A stretch of DNA of 64,000 nt from Eledone cirrhosa. Lineage: Eukaryota. Where the stretch lies: the NCBI GenBank assembly GCA_964016885.1, contig OZ024745.1:40672001-40736000 (forward strand), read 5' to 3'. The notes beneath the pieces were generated by a model, which was not told the DNA's origin, did not search any database, and saw only the letters and a list, made by a program, of their open reading frames with translations. Every line of letters starts with the position of its first letter. The stretch's first letter is position 1. The translations under genes and the position numbers were made by a program. Shown here piece by piece: positions 10,959 to 23,995 of the stretch.

Positions 10959-12182
10959 ATGTTGGAGAACCAACCGTTACCCATGTCTCTCAAGTGTATC
11001 CCCTTACCCAGCAGAAAAACCTACCTTAAACTGCTTATAGACGCTACTAATTCGTTTATACGGAGAGTCAGATGGAAGGCATACCACCTGGATAAGAACA
11101 CCCGTAACCTTCCTGAACCCAAAGAGAAGTATGGTTTCAAAACATACCGAAACCCACCGCACAACACCTTACTAGACTTATTTGAAGAGGACCTGCTGAA
11201 AATGATCAAAAACGTTAAGCTCAGAAAGAAACACCAATGCAGCAATCCATTCTTAACGTCCCTTGATACACTAATAACTAAGATCAAGAATGACCCGCAC
11301 CTCTTCGTCACCTCCGACAAAACCAAAAAGCTGTACAAGATGGAGTCGAGTGAGTATAAAAAATTCATATATAAGGAACTACACAAAGACTACAAAAAGA
11401 CACCCTCTAGTACCCTAAATGACATAAATAGAGTAGGGAAGGATATAGTCACCATCTTAGAAATAGAAAAGTACACTAACCCGTACGTCCCTCTGACGCC
11501 TAAATTCTCTCTTAAGGATCACAAATATGACTTTAATGAAAGCCCCTCTATTAGACTAATATGCCCCTCTACATCAGATATAGGTAAGATTAGTAAAGTG
11601 ATCCTCGACAGAGTACTACTCGAGCTTAATAGAAAGGCTAAGGTCTGCCTCTGGAGCAACACCGACCAGGTCATAAATTGGTTCACCGAGTTGCCGGATA
11701 AAGCCACCCTGAAATTCATCCAGTTTGATATAGATAGCTACTACGCCTCTATATCCCCCATACTCTTAAATAAGGCACTTATCTTAGCTAGATCTAACAC
11801 TAGCCTCACTAAAAAAGAAATAGACATAATTCTAGCGGCACGTAGAACCATTATCCAGTTCGAAGGCTCCACTGGACCAGAACCAACCGTTATAGTAAGC
11901 CATACCTATAACCGATCACGCGGCGACCTCGTTAAAGTCGGATATAATAGAATAGATAACCGCACCAAAGATCACGTCCCCGGCGACGGTGAATACTGTA
12001 GATTACTCAAACTATTCCCCTATTACAAAACCAACAAAGGCGACGGCCTACTACCTACGCCTTCCAACCAACATCTTCGTGTACATAAACATGGAAGAGG
12101 TAGAAAGAGTGCACCCGAGCATAAAGTGAAAGGGCACCGAACGGGCGACAGCGCATTAACACACATAAGAGCGGTCACTTAG
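10959..12182 (+). CDS. PLE (Naiad-like) RT N-terminal part up to motif A; catalytic core deleted
   Basis: Motifs SLKCIPLPS, FIRRVRWKAY, FEEDLLKMI, SDKT, SLKDHKYDF..RLICP...IGKISKVILD, WSNT..VINWF and FIQFDIDSYYASI. No MG..G motif B' and no Y/xRDD motif follow. Confidence 0.85.
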   Translation: MLENQPLPMSLKCIPLPSRKTYLKLLIDATNSFIRRVRWKAYHLDKNTRNLPEPKEKYGFKTYRNPPHNTLLDLFEEDLLKMIKNVKLRKKHQCSNPFLTSLDTLITKIKNDPHLFVTSDKTKKLYKMESSEYKKFIYKELHKDYKKTPSSTLNDINRVGKDIVTILEIEKYTNPYVPLTPKFSLKDHKYDFNESPSIRLICPSTSDIGKISKVILDRVLLELNRKAKVCLWSNTDQVINWFTELPDKATLKFIQFDIDSYYASISPILLNKALILARSNTSLTKKEIDIILAARRTIIQFEGSTGPEPTVIVSHTYNRSRGDLVKVGYNRIDNRTKDHVPGDGEYCRLLKLFPYYKTNKGDGLLPTPSNQHLRVHKHGRGRKSAPEHKVKGHRTGDSALTHIRAVT

Positions 12183-13154
12183 ATGGAACCACCCGTAGCA
12201 AAAGTACAAGGGCACGTAATCGCCACCGTAACGTCCTATGGTTCCACCCCACCCCCCTACTCTCGAAGTGTGGCCTCCAACATACCCCGGATATTCTTCG
12301 AAGCCTTAGAGAAGAACTTCCCACCCAACCATAGGTATAGAAAAATTCTTAATTGGAACAATATAAAAATATCCTTCTCTACTACTCCTAACCTAGCAGA
12401 CATCATAGGAACAACGAACCACAGTAAGATCACCAAGACACAGCACCTCGACACAAACGCACCTACACCTGACAATAACTATATCGGCCTTAACACCTCC
12501 CTGACAGCATCCAATAGTGTTGGCAACGGCATCCGCAGACGCAACCAGAATGGCCGCGAAGTGACTGGGGAACATGCAGAACATGACGTGCGGAATAACA
12601 ATCGCACCATCCCACGTGCTGTTGGTTGTAATTGTGCTAACGACAGCTGCGGTAGCGTAGGTAACAACGTAGGCAGCAACAATGATAGCCTTACTGTGGG
12701 AAATAGACGGAACCGCGACAGAAATTGCAACTGCCGCGACAGAGGACGCTGCCCCCTTAGAGGATACTGCCTGACTGATAGGGTTATATATAGATGCACT
12801 ATTACTAGCCACAATAGCGTTAAACATTATATAGGGGCCACCTCCGACCCGTTCAAAATTAGGTTTCGAACACATCTCCACTCTTTCACAAATAGAAAAC
12901 TAAGGCACTCCACTTCGCTCGCGGACTACATCACATCACTAAAGGAATTATACATCAGCTTCTCCACGCACTGGGAGATTGTCGGCAGGGCTGCACCGTA
13001 CAACTTCAAGAGAAAATGCGATCTTTGCCTCATGGAGCTCTACCACATCATAACTGCACCACACGAGGTCATCAACAGCAGAGCTGAAACAGCGATAAGT
13101 TGTACACATCGCTTAAAAATATCCTTCTTTAGATGGGTTAAGAATGAAGAGTGA
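12183..13154 (+). CDS. PLE linker plus Cys-rich zinc motif and GIY-YIG endonuclease
   Basis: Motifs PPYSRSVASNI, NFPPNHRYRKILN, CNCRDRGRCPLRGYC, VIYRC..YIGAT..FKIRFRTH, STSLADYI, CDLCLME and INSRAE..SCTHR. Confidence 0.9.
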   Translation: MEPPVAKVQGHVIATVTSYGSTPPPYSRSVASNIPRIFFEALEKNFPPNHRYRKILNWNNIKISFSTTPNLADIIGTTNHSKITKTQHLDTNAPTPDNNYIGLNTSLTASNSVGNGIRRRNQNGREVTGEHAEHDVRNNNRTIPRAVGCNCANDSCGSVGNNVGSNNDSLTVGNRRNRDRNCNCRDRGRCPLRGYCLTDRVIYRCTITSHNSVKHYIGATSDPFKIRFRTHLHSFTNRKLRHSTSLADYITSLKELYISFSTHWEIVGRAAPYNFKRKCDLCLMELYHIITAPHEVINSRAETAISCTHRLKISFFRWVKNEE

Positions 13155-13450
13155 AATAGTACACTGGATCTCCCTGCAACAAGTCTTAACACCCCGGCGG
13201 GCAGGCGCAGCAAAATAACACCCAGAAAACAATCCTTGCATACCAGACCCAGCCTCAGACAAACGGATGCGGAAAAAACAAGAAAAAAAAAAAATTATCC
13301 GGGAAAGACTGCCCTAACACCGGCCAGAGTTACCTACCTTGACCTGCTGCAAAATCAAAACAAGATATTTTTGCGAGCAATGAATCTTGATGTAGATTTA
13401 ACCCCCAAAACTCTTTCCGAACTATATAAGGAACACTTGTGACTATTTAT

Positions 13451-13488
13451 GCCCTTGAGAAGCCCAACTGGGCGAAACGTACGTAGGT
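13451..13488 (+). ncRNA. Minimal hammerhead-like motif (variant core) in the PLE 3' pLTR
   Basis: GCC-CTTGAGAA-GCCC-AACT-GGGC-GAAAC-GTAC-GTA-GGT: stem II, GAAA, palindromic loop III and a GUA site; the 5' core is non-canonical. Confidence 0.6.
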
Positions 13489-13702
13489 GATATTTTAAAT
13501 AAACATGTTTTAACGGTCTATTCTCTGATTTTTTACTTTCCCACGTGCTTACGCTCTGCTAACTCTCTAGCCCACTAAATATTAACACTTCGAATATTTA
13601 ATACTGCCGGCACTAGTATCGAGCACCTTTGGCATACGCTACTTGGCAAATAACTATATGTATCACCTATCCCTCCTTTTTCTCTCTTTCTCGATACGTA
13701 AA

Positions 13703-14936
<1,234 letters not shown>

Positions 14937-15349
14937 TAAAACATGTCTATAGAATCACCAAATAAAATATATACCATTTCCTCTCCCAATTAGCATAATT
15001 AACTATATAAAAGACCAGGCTATAAGAATAAGGCTTCTATGAAGAAATCTCCAACAAATAACCGAAACTAGCCCTTCGCGTCGGCTACGACGGAATATTT
15101 ATCGAATATTTTGACAGCGTAATCGCCCAGAAACAGTCAATTAAACAGAATTGGGTGTAACATAAACTAGGAGAAAAGAGAATACATTTATTTACCTCTA
15201 CCATGGTTTAGTCCGCATTTTGAGATTTCCAATATCTTCGGAAATTCGAGCATCGGACTCTTCAGGAGTTTGCTCTAATCTAGACAATAAATTTTCCAAA
15301 GTGGTCGCGCCAAAAATACATTCAAAAATGGCTAAGAATCGTATATTAG

Positions 15350-15411
<62 letters not shown>

Positions 15412-15778
15412 CTAATATAAAACAATCAATTTATTGATTAATGTATATAATTGCATATACATTGTCTAAACTATAACATATATTTATCTGAGGTCTGAGT
15501 GACGAGTAATGACCAAAATACCACTGTTGATTGAGAAAACAATCGTATCTACCGCTCTCACATGGATATTACCATAACTTTAAAATGATCACTGATTAAG
15601 ACTTCTATAGTCAGGTTAATATATATTCTATATGCATAGGCATATATATAACTGTTTTATTTATCACAACATATTTGTGCTAGTGCTATTTAATAACTAC
15701 AAATCATGCGCACACTTTATGCAAATGAACATATCCTGCTACTGATTCATACAATTATATAATGTATATATATATATA

Positions 15779-16015
15779 TACGAATGAACAGATATACGAG
15801 AGATAAATATGTATATACGTTAAAAGGTAAGAGAAAGGATAGACAGCAGAAGAGAGGGAAGGCGAAAATGAGGGAGAGATTAAGGATGAGAAAGAGAGAA
15901 CGGGAGTAAGATATAAATAGACAGATAAACAGATGAACTGCTTGAGGGAAATTGGACAAAGAGTTTTGAAAGTTAAAGAAAAACAAAGAAACCTAAATCC
16001 AAAATAATGAAAGTG

Positions 16016-16067
<52 letters not shown>

Positions 16068-16536
16068 TACTCAACGTTGGCCAACCGAAAAACGTATATT
16101 TTGTATTAGTTGAGCAGTTTATACAGTTACTTGAACACATACATATATGCGCATGTATATATGTGTGTATGTATATGTATATATATATATATAAGTATGA
16201 TTACTGATTATCACTGAAAATATATATATACATGTATGAATGTCTGGCTGTATGTGTGTGCCTATGTGTGCGTGTTTCTAAAATCCACCATTCTCTAAGC
16301 ACTTTCATTATTTTGGATTTAGGTTTCTTTGTTTTTCTTTAACTTTCAAAATTCTTTGTCCAATTTCCCTCACGCAGTTCATCTGTTTATCTGTCTATTT
16401 ATATCTTACTCCCGTTCTCTCTTTCTCATCCTTAATCTCTCCCTCATTTTCGCCTTCCCTCTCTTCTGCTGTCTATCCTTTCTCTTACCTTTTAACGTAT
16501 ATACATATTTATCTCTCGTATATCTGTTCATTCGTA
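15779..16536. repeat. ~240 bp near-perfect inverted duplication
   Basis: 15779-16018 is the reverse complement of 16297-16536; the ORF track shows the same peptide on opposite strands. Confidence 0.9.
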
Positions 16537-18739
16537 CGTAACATTTTCATGCTTGTCATTCGATTTTATTCCGTCTAACTATCTTCCATTCCATTGCCCT
16601 TCCCTTTTTCTTTACATTTCTGTACTTCATTCTGCCTTTACTTCGTTCATCTTCTCTTTCTTTTTCTTCACTCTATGTATCTACTTCTCTCCCTTTAACT
16701 GTCACTTTTTCATTGCTTATTTTCTTTTTCTTGCTAACCAAATCATCATTTATTTTTCCACCTCATAAATCTTTAGTCTCACCAAATCCGCTTTACTCCC
16801 CTCCTATTTCCACAATATACTTTGTGTAGCCAATGTTACCACCACCACAACCCACACCGCTAGCGTTACGTCAAGTTCTGCTGCAACCGCTGCTGTTTTA
16901 CTTCCCATCTTCCCATCCTGCCTCACTTGCCATTTTCTCATGCTGTCCTGAATATTTTCATTATAATCCTCACAGGTCATCGACAATTTCCTGGTTGTCA
17001 GCCTATCTTATCTTCCCTTCGCTGATCGCCACCAATATTTTTTAATAAATACGCTTTTGTTTTTTGTACGTTATTTCTTGTTCCTTGCATCGTCTTGTTT
17101 GATTGTTTGTTGTTTTTTCTGTGTTGTTGTTATTGGCGGCCATCAAAGATTGAAGGCCGATACTTAAGTATGATTACTGATTATCACTGAAGTGATAAAG
17201 ACAAAGAAAATCATAAATCAAATAAAACTTAAAAACCAAACAAATTAAAGACAAAAAATAAATTAGACAATTTAATAATAAATTATTCCATGTTTGTTCT
17301 TTGTTTGTGCGTTGTTTTTTAAGACCCCACAGGATGTTAATTTAAACACTAAATACATTCTTATGCAATCTTGTCACCGGTAACACAGCAAATAGATAAT
17401 AGTTCGTACAAGTGTAGGGAATCTGGGTTTCGCCTCTATTTACCAGTACCGTTTTATATTATAACCTTCAATATATACTTGCAGCCTTCGCACGTCTTCT
17501 CTACAGATAAGCAGAACCTCTACACTGGGTAAGAGTGGTATTAATGGTCAAAAAACGTTGCTGTTCGTCTACCTCAAATGTTCTCTCGCTCCCCTCTTTT
17601 TGTCTTCCCCAGTACCTAATTAGTTGATATTAACAATCATACTCAATTCACGTCGATCTCCTCCAGTGAATGAATGCATAGTATATCTTTATAGTGTATC
17701 TATCTGACAGAGCCGAGAACATCTCATACTTATGAATAACTTGCTCAAGATATATAATGATGGGGAATTTCATCTCTAAGGACAATTGTATTAAATATTT
17801 GAGTTATGATCTTTGGCATAGAACGTTTACTAATATTATATAACTGAACTGAGCCTGAAGAGGCTAAATAACTGCTTAGCCAAATGTTTCGCACCAGTAC
17901 ACCGGACTGCTTCTATAATTCCATTCTAATGTTATTATACAATTTGCTTTTTATAATATGTTTACTACTTGAAAGTGATGAATATGAGTTATTGTCAGTC
18001 GTTTACAACCACAATCGTAACTCGTATTCAACAGGTATTTGACGATCTGAAAGCAGTGATTTGGACCGATCCCTACTACTACTACGAGAAATGAATTTCA
18101 TAAATAAAATAGTATAATGAAGATTATCTGATGCCTAATTGGGTGACTCTTTTTCGCAATGTTACTTCTCTATCATTTACTCCACAATTTGTCGTAAAAT
18201 GAAGCAAAAACTCCTTCTCTAGCAGAAATGCAATGTCATAGAGTGGGAAACCTTTAGGTAAAGAGAGCTTTGAAATTATATTGAAAGGTGTAGGGAGTAA
18301 CGCAAAGAATATTTTATCGAAAATATACGTAGTTTTCAACTAATTATATATTAATGTTTTATATTTCAAATGAATTACACAGGCGGGTTTGGTTACAAAG
18401 AAAATCTGACAGCAATTCATATATTTTTGTAAAAGCTGCAAAACAAGCTGAAAAATCTATTTCGGCGGAGCATCAAATTACAAACTTTAGACTTCACGAC
18501 AGGATCAAAGTACAGGTCAACATTATTCTTTCATATATACTGAGTAAAGTATCTCGACAAATAAAATGAAACCTAATCTTACTATTAATGTTAATTGCGC
18601 CTAGAGCACCAACATCATCGAAACGAAATCAACCATCGCATTTTCACTGTTTGTGAAAACAAACACACCATGTTTGCAATCCGGCATTAAGATTGTTTCG
18701 ATCACAAATATATGGTCAGATCAAAGACTTTGTCAGATT

Positions 18740-18761
<22 letters not shown>

Positions 18762-18811
<50 letters not shown>

Positions 18812-18897
18812 CGTGTGTGAGTGCGTGTGTGCGTGTGTGCGTGTGTATGCGTGTGTGTGCGTGTGTGAGTGTGTGTGTGTGTATGTGTGTGTATGTG

Positions 18898-18930
<33 letters not shown>

Positions 18931-18942
18931 GTGTGTGTGTGT

Positions 18943-19039
<97 letters not shown>

Positions 19040-19068
19040 TGTGTGTGTGTATATGTGCGTGTGTGTGT
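18762..19068. repeat. (TG)n microsatellite
   Basis: Direct dinucleotide run. Confidence 0.95.
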
Positions 19069-19170
19069 AATAGCAGAACACTGGTTGGTTATATCGGCAG
19101 TAGTAGAGCACTCAGTCCATGGGACGTGTTTGGTAGAATTAGTCCCACAACAGATAGTACGCCATCACCG

Positions 19171-19205
19171 AGTACAATTTGTTTCACCTCCACAGATCAT
19201 CAGCT
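19171..19205 (-). ncRNA. Minimal hammerhead ribozyme motif
   Basis: Minus strand reads AG-CTGATGA-TCTGTGGAGGT-GAAAC-AAATT-GTA-CT. A partial inverted copy follows at ~19218-19243. Confidence 0.55.
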
Positions 19206-19241
19206 TGGCTTTAAGCAGAGCTGGTGATCTATGGTGGAAGT

Positions 19242-19287
<46 letters not shown>

Positions 19288-19594
19288 CGATAGCTTCAAA
19301 CTATGCTAAGAGTATTGCAGTGGCTTGTCAGATTAAAGAGTTTGGTGCACCTTTAGGCCACGGCCAGTCACACGAACCTGTAACATACGCTGAAAAGCAA
19401 TGCCTGTCTTTAAGTGAGGAAAGGCCTTGCAGTCGACCAAAGCCTCTCTCTGAGCATCGAAAACACTATCCGAAAATGAAAACTGGTGAACATCATCGGA
19501 TGCTTGTGAAGCCGCAGGTTTTTTTCAGAGATTCCCTCTCCATTTATATATATATGTGGGTGTGTGTGCGTGTGTGTTTGTGTGTGTGTGTGTT

Positions 19595-19642
<48 letters not shown>

Positions 19643-20064
19643 TGTGTGTGATTCTGTATGAGTGAGTATACATATATATATATATATACATATATATACA
19701 TATATATGTATATATATATATACATATACATATATTATATCGTTGGGCTTGCAATAATGAGGTTGTCAGTTCTATTCTCGTATGGGTTAATGTGTTGTGT
19801 CCTTGAATAAGATACTTTCTTTCATTTTACTCACCTACGGAAATGAGTTGCGACAACATTGGTGCCGGGTTGTGTCGCGCATTGTCTTTCCCTTTGGTGG
19901 AGCAGGAATGGGAGAATGGTATGTATTAGTGACTGCTGGTCTTCCGTAAACACCCTTCCCCGGATATGTACACCAGAGGGGGATCATTCCAGGAGACAAT
20001 CCCATGTTTATCCGTGACCGATGGGGAACTTTACTCGATTTTATATATTTATATATATACATAC

Positions 20065-20134
<70 letters not shown>

Positions 20135-20185
20135 AGAGACGTAAAATAAGAAAATTATAAAATTAACTTACTTACTAAAATATCA

Positions 20186-20265
20186 CTTCCGACTAATTAG
20201 TTTCTGGAATGGAATAAATATATTTTCCGAAGAAAATACGGAGAATCATTCCGTCGTCAGGGAAG
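20186..20265 (-). ncRNA. Hammerhead ribozyme motif (PLE pLTR-like)
   Basis: Minus strand reads CTTCC-CTGACGA-CGGAATG...CATTCCA-GAAAC-TAATTA-GTC-GGAAG: 5-bp stem I, intact core, palindromic loop III and a GUC site. Confidence 0.8.
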
Positions 20266-20633
20266 ACTATTCTCATCTAAGTATCCAGGCAAAGCGTGGA
20301 CTCTAGAAACTTATTAAAAAATAATTCAGTGGATAGAAAATAGCAAAGCGTGGACTGAATTCCTAGCCATTGAGAAAATCACTGCCTCTGCGTCGGTGGC
20401 AAATTCAAAAAGAATCAATCACGTGACATCGAGGTCAATCAGTGGAAAGTGGTTTGCTAATAAGACAGCGGCCTGCCTGCTACCATAGCAGCAGTCATGG
20501 CCAACATTGCTCGACAAATAATTTGGAATAATTATAAAGAATTAATATCTATCTATATATATATATATATATATGTTATATATACACATACAGACACACA
20601 TACACACACACAGACAGACACACACACATATAT

Positions 20634-20710
<77 letters not shown>

Positions 20711-21152
20711 CGTGTTTGTGTGCGCGCGCGTGTTTGTGTGTATGTGTGTGTTCACTAACAACTACAGTTGTTATTTTGTATATGCATACGAACTATTTTC
20801 CCTTGCATGGCTGATATGTCGTGTTTCTGGTATTGCAATTTGGTCTTTGAGAATTTGATTGGTTTTTCATGTTTGTGATGTGATGTTATCTGTGCCAATG
20901 CAACTCATTCACGTGATTACTTTATCTACTTCTATTTGTATTTGGCGTAGCTTATTTCTTAATCACTATATCGGGGTGCATCAAGATCAAAGACGTAAAT
21001 GCCACCATAGAGTGCAGATAATTTTCAAAATATATTACCCGTTAAGGTTGTTTTTTTTTTATATTGTCAAGCACTTGACTAGAACTTTTATTTATGTAAA
21101 CTATCTTTATTTGAATATGTCAAGCTATAGTGTGTGAGTAGTGATATATAAT

Positions 21153-21335
21153 ATAATTGTTTCTACTTTAGGCACAAGGCCAGCAATTACACAGTGTATT
21201 ACTGGTACTCTATTTTACCGACCCCGTAAGGATGAAAGGCAAAGTCAACCTCGGCGGGATTTGAACTCAGAATGGCAAGGGCCGTAACTCTATACGTCAA
21301 AGCATGGTGTCCGACCCTCTACCGATACTGCCAAA
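21153..21335 (-). mobile_element. tRNA-derived SINE (short variant)
   Basis: Reverse complement of the SINE consensus. Confidence 0.9.
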
Positions 21336-21822
21336 TAATATGTCAACAATGAAGGTCGTTTTTAATGTAATACTAACGATTATATTTTCATAAAGAATTC
21401 CTTACATATGATTCATATATTTTTCTGTATGTCTCCATACTTTCATACTATACATTTCCATGTTTTTACCTATCTAGGGTATCTATATAATCCTTTATTG
21501 AGGAAGTTTCTTCTTAAATGTACAGATATACTGATTTCAACGCAATATTATACATATGTACAGACACCGAAAATAAGATCTGTGAAATATACAGCTCCAT
21601 CTAACTGTTAGCTAGCTACTTCACCGTGAAACAAACAACCCTTAGAAGCCACAAGAATAAACGCCTACGCAGCGACTAAACATCAAACGATTATTTCTGT
21701 ATAAATAGAGTGATCCAAAACACTTTCGCCAGTCAACTTTGGCAGAGTCAACCCGCGTATCGGTGTCCCTATACTCTGCCACGCTTGTCACTCACACACG
21801 CCTTGTACCTTGTATCGTCGCT

Positions 21823-22132
21823 TCATGTGAAAATATAACTGATAGAAACTACATCTCTCGCCTTGCTTCGTCCTTTCAACTTGTGCATTCGCCTGTTCAT
21901 CCTTACCGTATGTGACAACAGTTCTTTTAAGGGCTATCTTCAGATACGATCAAACCGTATGCGATAACAGTCCTTTTAAGGGCTATTCTCGGATACGGTC
22001 TGATCGTATCTGAAGAGAGCCCTTAAAAGAACTGTTGTCACATACGGTAAGGATGAACAGACGAAAGCACAAGTTGAAAGGACGAAGCAAGGCGAGAGAT
22101 GTAGTTTCGATCAGCTATTTATTTTCACATGA
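21823..22132. repeat. ~310 bp fold-back inverted repeat
   Basis: 21823-21960 pairs with 21993-22132; the spacer is a third partial copy of the arm. Confidence 0.85.
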
Positions 22133-23684
22133 TATATATATATATCCCGAAACGTCGTCCCCACCCCTCACTCTCAAGCGTGAAACTAAAAACCATACCA
22201 TGTGTACTGCCTCTTAATTTATTCAACTATATATATATATATATATATACATATGAATAAAAATAGACCCAGAAACGGGACTGTCCATCATCAGTAGTGT
22301 GCTGATTATCATTGGTATTTCTTCGCATTAAAGACCACATACCTCAAATCAGTGCGAGCGATAACTAAATTAAGTTATCGGGACAGAGCGAATTGGAAGG
22401 GGAAAGTAAACAAACGACATAGTAGTAATGCAACGTAAAGCGATAAAAAGAGAGACAAGTCAATATGTGGTGCAGTATTATTATGATTTCAACTTCGTAA
22501 AGAACATTAACAAGGAAAAGCTAAATGAAATCATAAAAATACTGCAGAACATATGTGACATAAATGATAACGTTGGGATCATTATCCCTAAAAGTGTTTA
22601 TCGAATTTTAAGATTTTTGAGGAAACTGTATTTATGAATTGATAGCTATAATTCCAATAGATTTTATCCTTAGATTTAAACATAGCTTCGATTGCTATAG
22701 TAATGAGCTACTTAATTACGATCCAACTGTTGTTATATTGTGAGTATTTATTGGCCTTTCATACTATTTTAGCATAAATGTTATTAAATGAATGTTGGAA
22801 TATACATGTTTTAGATTTGAATAAAAATACATTTAAGATACATTAAATTCATTAAATTGCTAAACATATATGATAGTTGTTGGAATGTAAATATAATTAA
22901 ACATGAATGTTCTATTTGAGATATGCAACGTGTGAGTTTCATTTCGCTTTTATTATTCATCAGATAATTGATCCATCAATAAGTAGGTTGATTATTCAAT
23001 TAATTAATACATATCCAAAGTCCTTTCGCAACAGTCTCGGGCCATATCAATGACGTTTGCCTTTTACAACTCGTTTATGTCTCTGCTTACTTCAAATGTA
23101 TTCCAATATATGTTTTATTTGTAAAAAAAAAGTAAAATACTACTTTGAAATAATACTATTTTGAAATTTGAAAATATTTGAAGACTTTTAACTGAAAGAT
23201 AATTTGTTTTCTGTAGCTAACAAATGAAATATTGTGAGAAACATCAATATAAAACTGTAACTGGTGTATTGCAAATATAAATTAGGGTGGGGGTAGGTAA
23301 TTTCAGCATATTGAATTTGAGATATCTTTCTTTAGAAATTAATTTAAAATCAGATTTTACTTTAGTTTAATATAATTGATTAACTAATTTTTTAAAACAT
23401 AGATACACTACACTATTTGTGTAAAATCTATTTTGACTAAGTAAATTCTGAAAAAAAATTCATAACATGACGAATTTGATAGTAGTGCGTTTCATAATTT
23501 TCAATTATTAATATCATAGACGAGTAAGAATATGAAGCTAAATAAATATAAAATCACAAAAGTCTAGGAATCATTATACATTACAATAACAGAAAATGTA
23601 ATATTTATAAGTGTGCAATTTATATGTTATTGCAATAAACTATATGAGACTAATACGTATACTATACGTACATTATATATGAGA

Positions 23685-23735
<51 letters not shown>

Positions 23736-23855
23736 TATTTATTATGTAGCAATAATTGATTTTGAATCTTTATTTGGAAATACTTCTAAATAATATATGA
23801 TACAATGTATAGCGTGTGAGGTGAAATACTTGTTAGAGAGTTGGATATAAATTAC

Positions 23856-23995
23856 TTAGCGTTAATCGTCACAGCTCTTTCTACAGCCCGTTCAGTTGAA
23901 GCCACCTTTGGCATTCTTCATTTCAGTACCGATGAATTGAAATACCAATGTCTCCTTCTTATAGATCTCTTCTTTTCTCTCTCCTCTCTGGAACA
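23856..23995 (-). other. Possible host exon (unverified)
   Basis: Minus strand has TTATTTCAG| as acceptor and |GTAATT as donor around 140 nt of complex sequence. ATG at 23914 gives MPKVASTERAVERAVTINA; no homology recognised. Confidence 0.25.

Larger units (their letters stand above)
10920..13575 (+). mobile_element. Penelope-like element, Naiad-type, internally deleted
   Basis: RT N-terminal region, basic linker, C-terminal GIY-YIG, and a 3' pLTR with a hammerhead-like motif and AATAAA; flanked by (TA)n. Confidence 0.85.

Noticed and set aside
12180-12185. In-frame TAG directly followed by ATG between the two PLE ORFs, suggesting stop read-through or selenocysteine recoding
   Set aside because: The stop is TAG, not TGA. 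The conserved RNRHRNVLWF motif lies in another frame across this point, so the junction is better explained by frameshifts.
20415-20500. E-box CACGTG and X-box-like GCTACCATAGCAGC cluster as a promoter
   Set aside because: Short motifs with no linked transcription unit; not distinguishable from chance.
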